From assembly GCA_016218365.1 (NCBI GenBank), contig JACREF010000013.1:15244-79243 (forward strand): DNA of 64,000 bases. The letters run 5' to 3'. Positions 54,486 through 64,000 of the stretch are shown in pieces; the stretch's first letter is position 1, and each line of letters begins with the position of its first letter. The translations under genes and the position numbers were made by a program. The notes below the pieces were generated by a model. It was not told the DNA's origin, searched no databases, and saw nothing but the letters and a program-made list of their open reading frames with translations. The stretch is from Gammaproteobacteria bacterium (GTDB lineage Bacteria; Pseudomonadota; Gammaproteobacteria; SZUA-140).

Positions 54486-55351
54486 TGTCACTGCAAAACA
54501 TTCTTCAAGACTGGTCCAAGTACCGCAAGGGCAACGAGGAAGGCGGCTTCCACGACTATGAGCACCTGTGGGGACTGGCGATCGATCTGAACAAGTGCAT
54601 CGGCTGCAATGCCTGTTCGGTGGCCTGTTATGCCGAGAACAACCTGGCGGTGGTCGGCAAGGACAAGTTCGCCAAGCACCAGGAGATGCACTGGCTGCGC
54701 GTCGAGCGCTACTGGGATGAGCCGGATCTCGGCGAGCAGGCCGTCAGCGATTACCAGAGCCATGGCGCCAGCTTCCTGCCGATGATGTGCCAGCAATGTA
54801 TGGCAGCGACCTGTGAACCGGTGTGCCCGGTCGCAGCGACCTACCATACGCCGGACGGTCTGAATGCCCAGGTGTATAACCGCTGCATCGGTTCGCGCTA
54901 CTGCTCGAACAACTGCCCGTACCGCCTGCGTTACTTCAACTTCTATTCCTATTATGAAGACAGCTGGCCGGCGCCGCTGAATATGCAGCTCAATCCGGAC
55001 CTGACGGTGCGTGACAAGGGTGTGATGGAGAAGTGCACCTTCTGTGTGCAGCGCATCCGCGCCGCCAAGGATGTTGCCAAGCATGAGCATCGCGAGTTGC
55101 AGGACGGCGAGTTCACCACCGCCTGCGCCCAGACCTGCCCGACCCAGGCGATCGTGTTCGGTGACCTGTTGAGCCTGCATACCGCCGGCAAGGCCGAGAG
55201 CACACTCAGCACGCTGTGGCGCGACCAGCAGGTCGAGCTCGGCAGGACCGAGCAGCACAAGCAGAATCCGGACAAGCGCGGTTACCGCGTGCTGGAAGGG
55301 TTGAATACCGATCCCAAGGTCATGTACCTGGAACGGGTGCGTGAAGTCTGA
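54485..55351 (+). CDS. actB2: ACIII iron-sulfur subunit ActB2
   Basis: CIGCNACSVAC, CQQC..ATCEPVCP, CIGSRYCSNNCP (3Fe-4S type), CTFC...CAQTCP. Confidence 0.9.
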   Translation: MSLQNILQDWSKYRKGNEEGGFHDYEHLWGLAIDLNKCIGCNACSVACYAENNLAVVGKDKFAKHQEMHWLRVERYWDEPDLGEQAVSDYQSHGASFLPMMCQQCMAATCEPVCPVAATYHTPDGLNAQVYNRCIGSRYCSNNCPYRLRYFNFYSYYEDSWPAPLNMQLNPDLTVRDKGVMEKCTFCVQRIRAAKDVAKHEHRELQDGEFTTACAQTCPTQAIVFGDLLSLHTAGKAESTLSTLWRDQQVELGRTEQHKQNPDKRGYRVLEGLNTDPKVMYLERVREV

Positions 55352-55386
55352 CAACCAGAACAACAGACAGGAAGCGGGTGTAAACC

Positions 55387-56781
55387 ATGCAGCATAAAGA
55401 TATCAACGAAGATATAAGGTGGGCGCAGATCAACAAGGATGTGCTCCGTTCGATGGAGAATCCGCGCAAGGCCTACTGGATCTCGGTCGGGATCTGTCTG
55501 GCCCTGCTGAGCCTGGCGGTGATCGCCGAGATCTATCAGTACAATGTCGGTCTCGGGCCGACCAACCTGAACTGGCCGCATATGTGGGGGCTGTATATCG
55601 CAACCTTCATCTTCTGGATCGGCATGAGCCATTCCGGAACCTTGCTGTCGGCGATCCTGCACATCATCCATGCCGACTGGCGCAAGCCGATCTACCGCTT
55701 CGCCGAGGCGATGACGACCTTTACGCTGATGACCGCCGGGCTGTTCCCGATCATCCATCTGGGCCGGGTGTGGAACATGTACTGGGTGCTGCCGTATTAC
55801 AGCGACCGCGGCATCTGGCCGAACTTCCGCTCCCCGCTGGTGTGGGATGCGTTCGCCATCAGCACCTACCTGACCTCGTCGGCGTTGTTCCTGTTCATCG
55901 GCATGATCCCGGACCTGGCGATCTGCCGCGACAACACCCGGGGCTGGAAGAAGAAGCTGTACACCGTATTGTCGCTGGGGTGGCGCGGCGATGACCGGCA
56001 GTGGCGCAACTTCCGCAAGACCTATCTGATCATGGCGTGTTTCCTGATCCCGCTCGCGGTGTCGGTGCACTCGATCGTATCGTCCGACTTTGCGATGTCG
56101 ATCATGCCGGGCTGGCATGTGACGACCTTCCCGCCGTATTTCGTCGCCGGGGCGTTGTATTCCGGTTGCGCCGGCATCATCACGCTGTTCATCCTGCTGC
56201 GCTACTTCTTCCGCTTCGAGCAGTACATGACACTGCCAATCCTGGAAAAGACCTGCAAACTGACCTTTGCCATCGCGATGGTCTGGACCTACCTGAACCT
56301 GATCGAGTACAGCTCGGTGTGGTATGGCCATGATACGGTCGCCAAGGAGCTGCTGATCGACAAGTTCACCGGGCCATATTCACCGTATTTCTGGGCGATG
56401 AATATCCTCGGTTCGGTGCTGCCGTTCACGCTGGCCTTTGAGAAGCTGCGCCGTCACATCCCGACCATGTTCGCGGTGTCGATCCTGCTCAACGTCGGCA
56501 TGTGGCTGGAGCGCTGGATGATCGTGTCACCGACGCTGGCGATGTCCTATGAGCCGTTCACCCACACCGTGATGTGGGCGAGCTGGGTGCAGTGGTTCAT
56601 CGTCATCGGCAGCTTCGGCTGGTTCGGGCTGCTGTTCCTGGTGTTCGTCAAGATCTTCCCGTCGGTCTCGATGTACGAGGTCAAGGAGATGATCTTCCAC
56701 AGAAGGCATCTCGCGAACAAGGACATCGCTGCGGTGATGCACCGACGCTCCAGTGACCCGCAGCCGTCAGAGGGACATTAA
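55387..56781 (+). CDS. actC: ACIII NrfD-family quinol-binding subunit ActC
   Basis: WG.YI..FIFWIG.SH.GTL.SA, R.AE.MT, IHLGR.W, NFRSPLVWD, SVHS.VS.DF, WH.T.FPPYFVAGA. Confidence 0.93.
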   Translation: MQHKDINEDIRWAQINKDVLRSMENPRKAYWISVGICLALLSLAVIAEIYQYNVGLGPTNLNWPHMWGLYIATFIFWIGMSHSGTLLSAILHIIHADWRKPIYRFAEAMTTFTLMTAGLFPIIHLGRVWNMYWVLPYYSDRGIWPNFRSPLVWDAFAISTYLTSSALFLFIGMIPDLAICRDNTRGWKKKLYTVLSLGWRGDDRQWRNFRKTYLIMACFLIPLAVSVHSIVSSDFAMSIMPGWHVTTFPPYFVAGALYSGCAGIITLFILLRYFFRFEQYMTLPILEKTCKLTFAIAMVWTYLNLIEYSSVWYGHDTVAKELLIDKFTGPYSPYFWAMNILGSVLPFTLAFEKLRRHIPTMFAVSILLNVGMWLERWMIVSPTLAMSYEPFTHTVMWASWVQWFIVIGSFGWFGLLFLVFVKIFPSVSMYEVKEMIFHRRHLANKDIAAVMHRRSSDPQPSEGH

Positions 56782-56783
56782 TC

Positions 56784-57311
56784 ATGAAGAAGTATCACCT
56801 GCTCGGCTTGTTCAGCAATTTTGACGAGGCCTTCGCCGCGATCTCGGACATCCGTCATCACAAGATCCCGGGTGTGCAGCTCGAGGATGTCACGGTGATC
56901 TCGCCGATCGAACATCCGGAGATCGACGAGGTGCTCGGTGCGCGCCCGTCGCATGTGCCGAAGTTCACGCTGGTCGGTTCACTGTTTGGCATGAGCGCCG
57001 GCTTTCTGTTCCTGGCCACCGCCCAGGCCAACTTCGCCGTGCAGCCGCAGGGTGGCAAGCCGGTGATCCCGTTGCCATCCAATATCGTGTTGAGCTACGA
57101 GATGCTGATCCTGTTCGGGGTGCTGTTCACGCTGACCGGCTTCCTGCTGGGCGCGCGGCTGCTGCGCAAGCGCAAGCCGCTGTACAGCGAAAAGGTCAGC
57201 CTGGATCAGGTCGGCATCGAGATGGAGCTGGAAGAAAAATACATCGAGCCGGTGAAGGCGTTGTTCCGCCAGCACCAGGTGATCGAGATACGGGAAGAGG
57301 TGGTCAAATGA
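56784..57311 (+). CDS. actD: ACIII subunit ActD (DUF3341)
   Basis: LG.F, SP, GGKP, YE..ILFG; two TMs; operon position. Confidence 0.85.
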   Translation: MKKYHLLGLFSNFDEAFAAISDIRHHKIPGVQLEDVTVISPIEHPEIDEVLGARPSHVPKFTLVGSLFGMSAGFLFLATAQANFAVQPQGGKPVIPLPSNIVLSYEMLILFGVLFTLTGFLLGARLLRKRKPLYSEKVSLDQVGIEMELEEKYIEPVKALFRQHQVIEIREEVVK

Positions 57312-57838
57312 GGAAGCTGGTCATAGCGGCATTGCTGGCAGCGCCGTCACTGGTTATGGCGTGGCCGTGGTCGCAGGACATGATGAACCAACCGAGCATC
57401 AAGCCCCAGGAAGGCCAGCCCTACCCGATGCTGAAGCGTTCGATCCCGGTACAGGGCATCCCGACCACGGTGGCGAACCGTGACGAGGCCAAGGGCCTGG
57501 TCAATCCGACGCCGGCGACGGCGGAATCGATCGACAATGGCCGGACGCTGTTCAAGATCTATTGTTCGGCCTGTCACGGCCTGACCGGCAAGGCCGATTC
57601 ACCGGTGTCGCCGAAGATCGGCGCCATCAGTCTGGTCGACAGCTATGTGCAGGAGACGCTGACGCCGGGCTGGATCTGGGGCACGATCACCTTCGGCAGT
57701 TATGTGATGCCGGCCTACGGCGTACCGAAGGCGAACGCCCAGAGCCGCGGCTCCAATGACCTGTCGGTCCAGGAGCGCTGGGACGTCGTCAACTATGTAC
57801 GCAACGGTCTGGTCAATGATGCCAACCAGGCGATGTAG
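57308..57838 (+). CDS. actE: ACIII monoheme cytochrome c ActE
   Basis: DM..QP..KPQ, YCSACHG, MPAY, ERW.VV.YVR. Confidence 0.88.
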   Translation: MRKLVIAALLAAPSLVMAWPWSQDMMNQPSIKPQEGQPYPMLKRSIPVQGIPTTVANRDEAKGLVNPTPATAESIDNGRTLFKIYCSACHGLTGKADSPVSPKIGAISLVDSYVQETLTPGWIWGTITFGSYVMPAYGVPKANAQSRGSNDLSVQERWDVVNYVRNGLVNDANQAM

Positions 57839-57894
57839 GCCCGGGGCATGAACACGCATACGCAATTACAAAACGGATAAGGGGCGCAGGGCAG

Positions 57895-58947
57895 ATGGAA
57901 AACTTCGGCAGCTGGTCGGTTCTGACGACGAACTTTCTCTTTACGCTGTATCTGGCGCTGGGCGGGGTCACCTTTGCCTCGGTGCTGCACCTGTCCAACG
58001 GCAAATGGCGCTTCGTGGTGCGCAAGCTGGCGGTGTCGTTTGCGGCACTGTTCCCGATCGCCGGCGTGCTGTTGCTGGTGCTGCTGGCCAACAAGACCAG
58101 CACCTTCCCATGGACGGGCACCCTGCCTGAACATGCCGCACATCTGCTGACCGGCTGGCAGAACTACACCTTCCTGGTGGTGCGCGAGATCGGCGGCTTC
58201 ATCGCCGTTGCCACCCTGTACGGGCTGTTCATCAAATACCAGCACCTGAGCGAGGGCGGTGACGCCAAACATGTGCGCACCTTCCGCAATATCGCGCTGC
58301 TGATCCCGTTTGCCTATTTCATCTACGGCTCGATGGTGGCGTGGGACTTTGAGATGACCCAGGTCCCGGGCTGGCACAGCGCCAGTTACGGCGCCTACCA
58401 TTTCCAGAGCAACTTCCATATGTTCCTGGCCTTCTTCACCGTGTTCCTGTTCTTCATGAACCGCTGCGGGGCGCTGGCCAAGGACATCGAGGACTATATC
58501 TTCAACTACATGGCCCAGTTCATGCTGGCGATGACCATCCTGTGGACCTATCTGTACTTCACCCAGTATCTGATCATGTGGTACGGACGCTTTCCGGACG
58601 AGATGGCGCGTTACAACGGCATGATGCACAACGGCCTCGGGGTGTTGTGGTGGACCTTCCTGACCATGAAGTTCATCATCCCGTTCTGCACCCTGGCGAT
58701 CACGCCGAACCGCCATAACCCGGTGATCATCACCATGGTAGCGGCCTCGATTGTGCTCGGTACCTGGATCGAGCGTTATACCTGGATCTCGGGATCGATA
58801 CTCGACGAGCGGGTCTATGAAAACGGCGTGGCGCATCTGCCGATGACCAGCCTGTTTGATATCGTGGTGACGATTGCGGTGATTGGTGCCGGCTGGTGGG
58901 CGGTGCGTTATACGCTGAACCGCTATGGCCTGAGCAAGCAATGCTGA
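57895..58947 (+). CDS. actF: ACIII membrane subunit ActF
   Basis: Multi-TM NrfD paralogue: W...VR, WDF.M...P.W.S, LWTYL.F.QYL..WY...P.E. Confidence 0.85.
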   Translation: MENFGSWSVLTTNFLFTLYLALGGVTFASVLHLSNGKWRFVVRKLAVSFAALFPIAGVLLLVLLANKTSTFPWTGTLPEHAAHLLTGWQNYTFLVVREIGGFIAVATLYGLFIKYQHLSEGGDAKHVRTFRNIALLIPFAYFIYGSMVAWDFEMTQVPGWHSASYGAYHFQSNFHMFLAFFTVFLFFMNRCGALAKDIEDYIFNYMAQFMLAMTILWTYLYFTQYLIMWYGRFPDEMARYNGMMHNGLGVLWWTFLTMKFIIPFCTLAITPNRHNPVIITMVAASIVLGTWIERYTWISGSILDERVYENGVAHLPMTSLFDIVVTIAVIGAGWWAVRYTLNRYGLSKQC

Positions 58948-58982
58948 ACACTGCCCGCTGATAACCGGAGTGGAATGTTTAT

Positions 58983-59011
58983 CGGGGGCCGCATGGCCCC
59001 CGTTTCGTTTT
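58983..59011 (+). terminator. Rho-independent terminator of the act operon
   Basis: CGGGGGCC-GCAT-GGCCCCCG followed by TTTCGTTTT. Confidence 0.75.
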
Positions 59012-59025
59012 GAACTACCTGTCTG

Positions 59026-59952
59026 TTATTGGGTGTTGGCGCTGAGGGTGTTGAACACACCCTTGTCGATGCGGGTGCCGCTGGCGTGACGGTCGAGCCA
59101 GCCGGCCACGCGTTTGCTCAAGTGACTCTCAAAACCATGGAATGACGCATCGGCAGCGGGGATTGCGAACTGCCGGTAGGCGATGAAACCGGCCTGGCGG
59201 GTGCGGTTCGACTCTGCGATGGCCGAACGGGCATAGGCCTCGAGTTTCTGCTCCCGGGTGATACGGCTGCCCGAGCGCCGCGCCGCCAGTGCACGCAGAC
59301 TGGCCTTGCTGACGACACTTGTGGGCCCAAGTGTGCCAAAGACATCGAGGATCGGCAGGCGGATCTGTTCCAGGCTGTGTACCGCGTCAAAATGCGGGTC
59401 AGCCAGCGGGTAGCTCGCCATGTTGATGCCGACATAGGCCACGACCTGTGGGTTGTCATTATTGGCCAGATAGGCCGCCGCCAGTGTTGCCCCAAGGTCA
59501 TAGCCGACCAGGGCGATGTTATGGATATCATGGTCGCGCAGGTATTTGATCGCCAGCAGTATCCGTTGAACACTGCGGTCATACAGCGCCGGGTAGTCCT
59601 TGATCGAGGCATAACGTGAATCGGGTATCGGTAACTGGATCGCCAGCGTATCCCAGCCGTAATCCGGCAGGGCTTCCCGCAGCGGATGGATGACCATCGG
59701 CCAGTCGGGGTGGGTGCCGATGCTGTGCAGCAATATCACCCCGCCCTTGGGGGCGCCGGTGGTGTCCTGTTTGTACAGCGCCAGAAAGCGTTGCTCGGCC
59801 TCGCCGAGCCAGACGATGGCCGGTGCCGCGGGCGATTGCTGGATCGCGCCTATCCATTGTTGCTCCTGACCGGTGGCGGCCCAGCTGCTGGCGGCCGTCA
59901 GCGTCGTCAGCAGCCACATCAGCAAACACCTTATATATACCGGGGAACTCAT
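59026..59952 (-). CDS. Exported alpha/beta-hydrolase-fold protein (DUF3530-like)
   Basis: Signal peptide; FLALY, GGVILLH..G.HPDW..I.PLR..L...GW.TL.IQ.P, GYDLG, P.LD. Confidence 0.75.
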   Translation of the reverse strand: MSSPVYIRCLLMWLLTTLTAASSWAATGQEQQWIGAIQQSPAAPAIVWLGEAEQRFLALYKQDTTGAPKGGVILLHSIGTHPDWPMVIHPLREALPDYGWDTLAIQLPIPDSRYASIKDYPALYDRSVQRILLAIKYLRDHDIHNIALVGYDLGATLAAAYLANNDNPQVVAYVGINMASYPLADPHFDAVHSLEQIRLPILDVFGTLGPTSVVSKASLRALAARRSGSRITREQKLEAYARSAIAESNRTRQAGFIAYRQFAIPAADASFHGFESHLSKRVAGWLDRHASGTRIDKGVFNTLSANTQ

Positions 59953-60223
59953 ATCGCCGTTATCGGCGCAAAGGCGGCACTCCTGAGATCCCCCGCAGCG
60001 TGGCCGGTGAAAAAATGCCCGTAATCATGTAAAGTTAGCCGATTGTTTGTCCGGCACCGCCATGGGGTGCCGGCAGCAACGGCGCGGCAACCAGGCCCGC
60101 CACCCCGTGCGCATGCTGCGTGGGCGACGGGGTTAACATTGGTCAAAAGCTAACACGGGTTGTTGCAGGGCGCACAGGGGTGTGTTGCCTGTGCGCAACC
60201 AATCAATCCTGATGAGGCATGAG

Positions 60224-60895
60224 ATGAGAGATTACCTGATAGCGCCGTCGATCCTGTCGGCCAATTTTGCAAAGCTGGGTGAGGAGGTCGATAACGTGCT
60301 GGCCGCCGGCGCCGACATTGTGCATTTCGACGTCATGGACAATCATTATGTCCCGAACCTGACCATCGGCCCATTGGTCTGCGAGGCCTTGCGCAAGCAT
60401 GGTGTCAAGGCGGATATCGATGTCCATCTGATGGTCAAGCCGGTGGACCGTATCATTCCCGATTTCATCAAGGCCGGTGCCAGCTATATCACCTTTCATC
60501 CCGAGGCCAGCGAACACATCGATCGCACGCTGCAGATGATCCGCGAGGGCGGCTGCAAGGGTGGCCTGGTGTTTAATCCGGCGACACCGCTGGATGTGCT
60601 GAAATATGTCATCGACAAGGTCGACATGATCCTGATCATGTCGGTGAATCCGGGCTTTGGTGGCCAGAGCTTCATCCCGTCGGCGCTCGACAAGTTGCGT
60701 GATGCGCGCAAGCTGATCGCTGCCAGCGGCCGCAACATCCGGCTGGAGATCGACGGCGGGGTCAAGACCGACAACATCCGCGCCATTGCCGAGGCCGGCG
60801 CCGATACCTTTGTCGCCGGCTCGGCGATCTTCAATACCAAGGATTACCAGGCCACGATCACCGCGATGCGCGCCGAGCTCGCCAAGGCGAAGTAA
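60224..60895 (+). CDS. rpe: Ribulose-phosphate 3-epimerase
   Basis: [32 protein letters not shown]. Confidence 0.97.
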   Translation: MRDYLIAPSILSANFAKLGEEVDNVLAAGADIVHFDVMDNHYVPNLTIGPLVCEALRKHGVKADIDVHLMVKPVDRIIPDFIKAGASYITFHPEASEHIDRTLQMIREGGCKGGLVFNPATPLDVLKYVIDKVDMILIMSVNPGFGGQSFIPSALDKLRDARKLIAASGRNIRLEIDGGVKTDNIRAIAEAGADTFVAGSAIFNTKDYQATITAMRAELAKAK

Positions 60896-60900
60896 TTGAC

Positions 60901-61608
60901 ATGGTACCGAAGACCGCAACGCCGGAAGGGCGGTTGAAATACCGGCCGCAGCTGGTGTTGATCGACCTCGACGGCACGTTGGTGGACTCGGTCCCGGATC
61001 TGGCCATGTGTGTCGACCAGATGATGGACCGGCTGGCGATGCCACGGCGTGGCGAGGCGGCGGTGCGCAACTGGATCGGCAATGGTGTCGAGCGACTGGT
61101 GCGCCGCGCCCTGATCAATGCCCGCGACGGCGAGCCGGATGAGGCGCTGTTTCGTCGCGCCTACCCGATCTATATGGAGTTGTATCAGGCCAACGTCTGT
61201 GTCGCGAGCCGGCCATTTCCCGGCGTGGTGGCCGGGCTCGATTATCTTCAGGCGCAAGGTTGCAAGCTCGGTTGTGTGACCAACAAGCCGGCGCTGTTCA
61301 CCGAACCGTTGCTGGAACAGCTGGGGTTGCGCCATTATTTTGAGATCGTGGTCAGCGGCGACACCTTGCCGCAGAAAAAACCGCACCCGGCGCCGCTGCT
61401 GCACGCCGCGCAGCATTTTGGCATCGCACCGGCGGCGGCATTGATGGTCGGTGACTCGATGCATGATGTCGAGGCGGCGCGGGCGGCGGGCTTTCAGGTG
61501 GTCGGTGTGACCTATGGCTACAATCACGGCCATGACATCCGCGAGGCGCATCCCGATGCCGTCATCGATGCGCTGAGCCAGTTGCGCGACCTGTTTGAGG
61601 CCGGATGA
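60901..61608 (+). CDS. gph: Phosphoglycolate phosphatase
   Basis: [28 protein letters not shown]. Confidence 0.95.
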   Translation: MVPKTATPEGRLKYRPQLVLIDLDGTLVDSVPDLAMCVDQMMDRLAMPRRGEAAVRNWIGNGVERLVRRALINARDGEPDEALFRRAYPIYMELYQANVCVASRPFPGVVAGLDYLQAQGCKLGCVTNKPALFTEPLLEQLGLRHYFEIVVSGDTLPQKKPHPAPLLHAAQHFGIAPAAALMVGDSMHDVEAARAAGFQVVGVTYGYNHGHDIREAHPDAVIDALSQLRDLFEAG

Positions 61609-61618
61609 GACCGGGCCG

Positions 61619-63109
61619 ATGAGCGACGCCAGCCGGCAATTCGACCAGCTCGCCGCCCAGGGCTATAACCGTATCCCGGTGCTGCGCGAGGTGCTGGCCG
61701 ATCTCGACACCCCGCTCAGCACCTACATGAAGCTGGCCGATGGCGCGTACAGCTATTGTTTCGAATCGGTGCAGGGTGGCGAAAAATGGGGCCGTTACTC
61801 GATCATCGGCCTGCCGTGCCGCGAGATCATCCGCATCCACGGTCAGCAGATCACGCGCAGTGTCGACGGAGAAACAGTCGAGACGCTGAGCAGCGAGGAC
61901 CCGCTGGCGTGGGTCGCGACGCTGCATCAAAGATATCGGGTACCGGCGTTGCCGCAACTGCCGCGTTTCTCCGGCGGGCTGGTGGGGTATTTCGGCTACG
62001 ACACCGTGCGCTATATCGAACCGCAGCTGGGACCGTGTCCCAGGCCGGACCCGCTGGCCGCCCCTGACATCCTGTTGATGGTGTCGGAGGAGCTGGTGGT
62101 GTTCGACAACCTGCGCGGCAAACTGCTGCTGATCGTGCATGCCGACCCGGCCCAGCCCAATGCCTTTGCACTGGCGCAGCGCCGTCTCGACAAGCTGGAG
62201 GCGCAACTCGATCGCCCATTGCACCGGCCGCACCAGACCCGTTCATTGCGGGTGCATGAAGAGGACTTTGTCTCCGGTTTCACCCGCCAGGGTTTTGAAC
62301 AGGCGGTGCAGCGCATCAAGGACTATATCGTCGACGGTGATGTCATGCAGGTGGTGTTGTCACAGCGCCTGACGGTGCCGTTCCGTTCCCGGCCGCTGGA
62401 TCTGTACCGGGCGCTGCGCAGCCTGAACCCGTCACCGTATATGTACTATCTGGACCTTGGCGATTTTCACATCGTCGGCTCGTCGCCGGAGATCCTGGTG
62501 CGACTCGAAGATGGCGAGGTCACGGTACGGCCGATCGCCGGCACCCGGCCGCGCGGCGCCACGGCGGAGCAGGACAGACAGTTTGAGCGTGAGCTGCTGG
62601 CCGATCCGAAGGAGATCGCCGAACACCTGATGCTGATCGATCTGGGACGCAATGACATCGGCCGCATTGCCCAGACCGGCAGCGTGCGCGTGACCGAAGA
62701 GATGGTCGTCGAACGCTATTCCCACGTCATGCATATCGTCTCCAATGTCGTCGGCACATTGCAACCCGGGCTGACAGCGCTGGATGTGCTGCGCGCCACC
62801 TTTCCAGCCGGCACCGTCAGCGGCGCGCCGAAGGTGCGGGCGCTGGAGATCATCGACGAGCTGGAGCCGGTCAAGCGCGGCGTCTATTCCGGCGCGGTCG
62901 GCTATCTGGCCTGGAACGGCAATATGGACACCGCGATTGCGATCCGTACCGCGGTGATCAAGGACGGAATGCTGTATATCCAGGCCGGGGCCGGCATCGT
63001 CCACGATTCGCTGCCGGGCAACGAATGGGACGAGACGATGAACAAGGGGCGGGCGGTGTTTCGCGCCGTAGCCATGGCTGAGGCCGGCCTGGATTCTGCC
63101 CATCGTTAA
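61619..63109 (+). CDS. trpE: Anthranilate synthase component I
   Basis: DLDTP, ESV.GG..WGRYS, NPSPYM, SSPE, PIAGT, EHLML.DLGRND, GT.SGAPK. Confidence 0.96.
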   Translation: MSDASRQFDQLAAQGYNRIPVLREVLADLDTPLSTYMKLADGAYSYCFESVQGGEKWGRYSIIGLPCREIIRIHGQQITRSVDGETVETLSSEDPLAWVATLHQRYRVPALPQLPRFSGGLVGYFGYDTVRYIEPQLGPCPRPDPLAAPDILLMVSEELVVFDNLRGKLLLIVHADPAQPNAFALAQRRLDKLEAQLDRPLHRPHQTRSLRVHEEDFVSGFTRQGFEQAVQRIKDYIVDGDVMQVVLSQRLTVPFRSRPLDLYRALRSLNPSPYMYYLDLGDFHIVGSSPEILVRLEDGEVTVRPIAGTRPRGATAEQDRQFERELLADPKEIAEHLMLIDLGRNDIGRIAQTGSVRVTEEMVVERYSHVMHIVSNVVGTLQPGLTALDVLRATFPAGTVSGAPKVRALEIIDELEPVKRGVYSGAVGYLAWNGNMDTAIAIRTAVIKDGMLYIQAGAGIVHDSLPGNEWDETMNKGRAVFRAVAMAEAGLDSAHR

Positions 63110-63263
63110 CGTTCCTGCCGCAACACCCGGGTAATACCTTACGGCAGTGCTAGGAAATTGTACCCACTTCCGATGCTTAAATCTTTTGTCAGTATGTCAA
63201 GAACACGCCAGGGCTAGCCGCTACAGGGCCGGGTAACAGGCCCTAACCAGGATCGAAGGATCG

Positions 63264-64000
63264 ATGTCTGACAGGATGGTCAAAGGTGTTGCGCTGAAAT
63301 GGATGATACCGCTGCTGCTGGCGGTAGTCGGCGTGCTGCAGGGCGCATTTATCCTGGTGAATAATTATCGTGAGGAGCGACAGCACCTCGTGGCCTATGG
63401 AGCCGGGGATCTTTCCCGGAGTCTGTTGTGGATGCGCGGCGTCATCGAGCATTTTCAGCAGGAGGGTGATCTGTATGAGGTAAGAAAGCTGGTCAGGGAT
63501 GTCGCGACTGACGATGCAATACTGCTACTGGTCGTTGTCGATGACAGTTCACAGATTCAGGTGTCCATCCACCAGGAAGATGAGGCGGAACCGCTGTCCG
63601 AGGCGGTCGCCGAGATCGGGCGGCTGACCGCCGGCGACGCGCAGCGGATCCTGTCAACGGTACAGCAGGTGCAACAGACCCTGCACCCACAGATCCTCTT
63701 TCAGCAGGACAGCGCGGTGTTGTTTGCCGTCTCTCCGTTACAGCTGACCCCGGACAGCAATGCCCATAGTCATGTCGGCGCGCTGGTGGCGGTACGCGAT
63801 CTGAGCCGCGCCCTCAACGGTTCCTGGATCGAGGCAGTAAGAAATAGCGCCTGGATCCTGATAATCACCCTGGTCGCCGCAGTAGCCATTGGCGTGGTCC
63901 TGCATCGGGTGCTGACGCGTCGCATCTATTGGCTGATGGATGTCGTCGAGCGTTTTGGCGCCGGGGACCACTCGGTCAGGACCGGGGTCAAGGGCGACGA
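63264..64000 (+). CDS. Membrane sensor protein with periplasmic domain and HAMP (partial; output domain beyond window)
   Basis: Manual translation MSDRMVKGVALKWMIPLLLAVVGVLQGAFIL...AWILIITLVAAVAIGVVLHRVLTRRIYWLMDVVERFGAGDHSVRTGVKGD, open to the window end. Confidence 0.75.
   Translation, partial: MSDRMVKGVALKWMIPLLLAVVGVLQGAFILVNNYREERQHLVAYGAGDLSRSLLWMRGVIEHFQQEGDLYEVRKLVRDVATDDAILLLVVVDDSSQIQVSIHQEDEAEPLSEAVAEIGRLTAGDAQRILSTVQQVQQTLHPQILFQQDSAVLFAVSPLQLTPDSNAHSHVGALVAVRDLSRALNGSWIEAVRNSAWILIITLVAAVAIGVVLHRVLTRRIYWLMDVVERFGAGDHSVRTGVKGD

Noticed and set aside
52281-56781. Calling the cluster a polysulfide/tetrathionate reductase or Qrc
   Set aside because: The pentaheme ActA, DUF3341 ActD, monoheme ActE and a second NrfD paralogue ActF together fit ACIII better.

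Overview
High-GC gammaproteobacterial-type chromosomal window, mostly housekeeping genes. It opens with slt (partial), an HU-like gene, YkgJ, DUF2835, mazG, an S8 protease, a LytR_C protein, amt and a Sel1 protein. A ~34-kb plus-strand run follows: miaB-phoH-ybeY-corC-lnt-leuS-lptE-holA-proA-nadD-rsfS-rlmH-maf-rng-yhdP-nit-mlaFED-[TolC-like]-mlaCB-bolA-murA-hisGDCBHAFIE-tatABC. Next is an ~8-kb accessory block: a collagen/propeller lipoprotein, a truncated globin with a divergent HxlR-SCP2 regulator, a GDCCVxC protein, a DUF2442 remnant and a Cache-PAS-PAS-GGDEF-EAL protein. The window ends with degS, nif3, a seven-gene Alternative Complex III operon with split actB, DUF3530, rpe-gph-trpE and a partial HAMP sensor. 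Best novelty candidates: (1) a TolC-family outer-membrane protein translationally coupled inside the mla operon in the slot betaproteobacterial operons give to mlaA/vacJ, just downstream of the AsmA-like yhdP; (2) ACIII at the position normally held by petABC, with an ActB1 that keeps an intact FS0 Cys motif; (3) a MITE inserted into a lipoprotein signal-peptide sequence that supplies a replacement start codon; (4) a two-copy covarying hairpin element; (5) a truncated globin with an atypical distal pocket. No rRNA, tRNA or CRISPR array was recognised. All calls come from reading the sequence by eye; no database searches were run.
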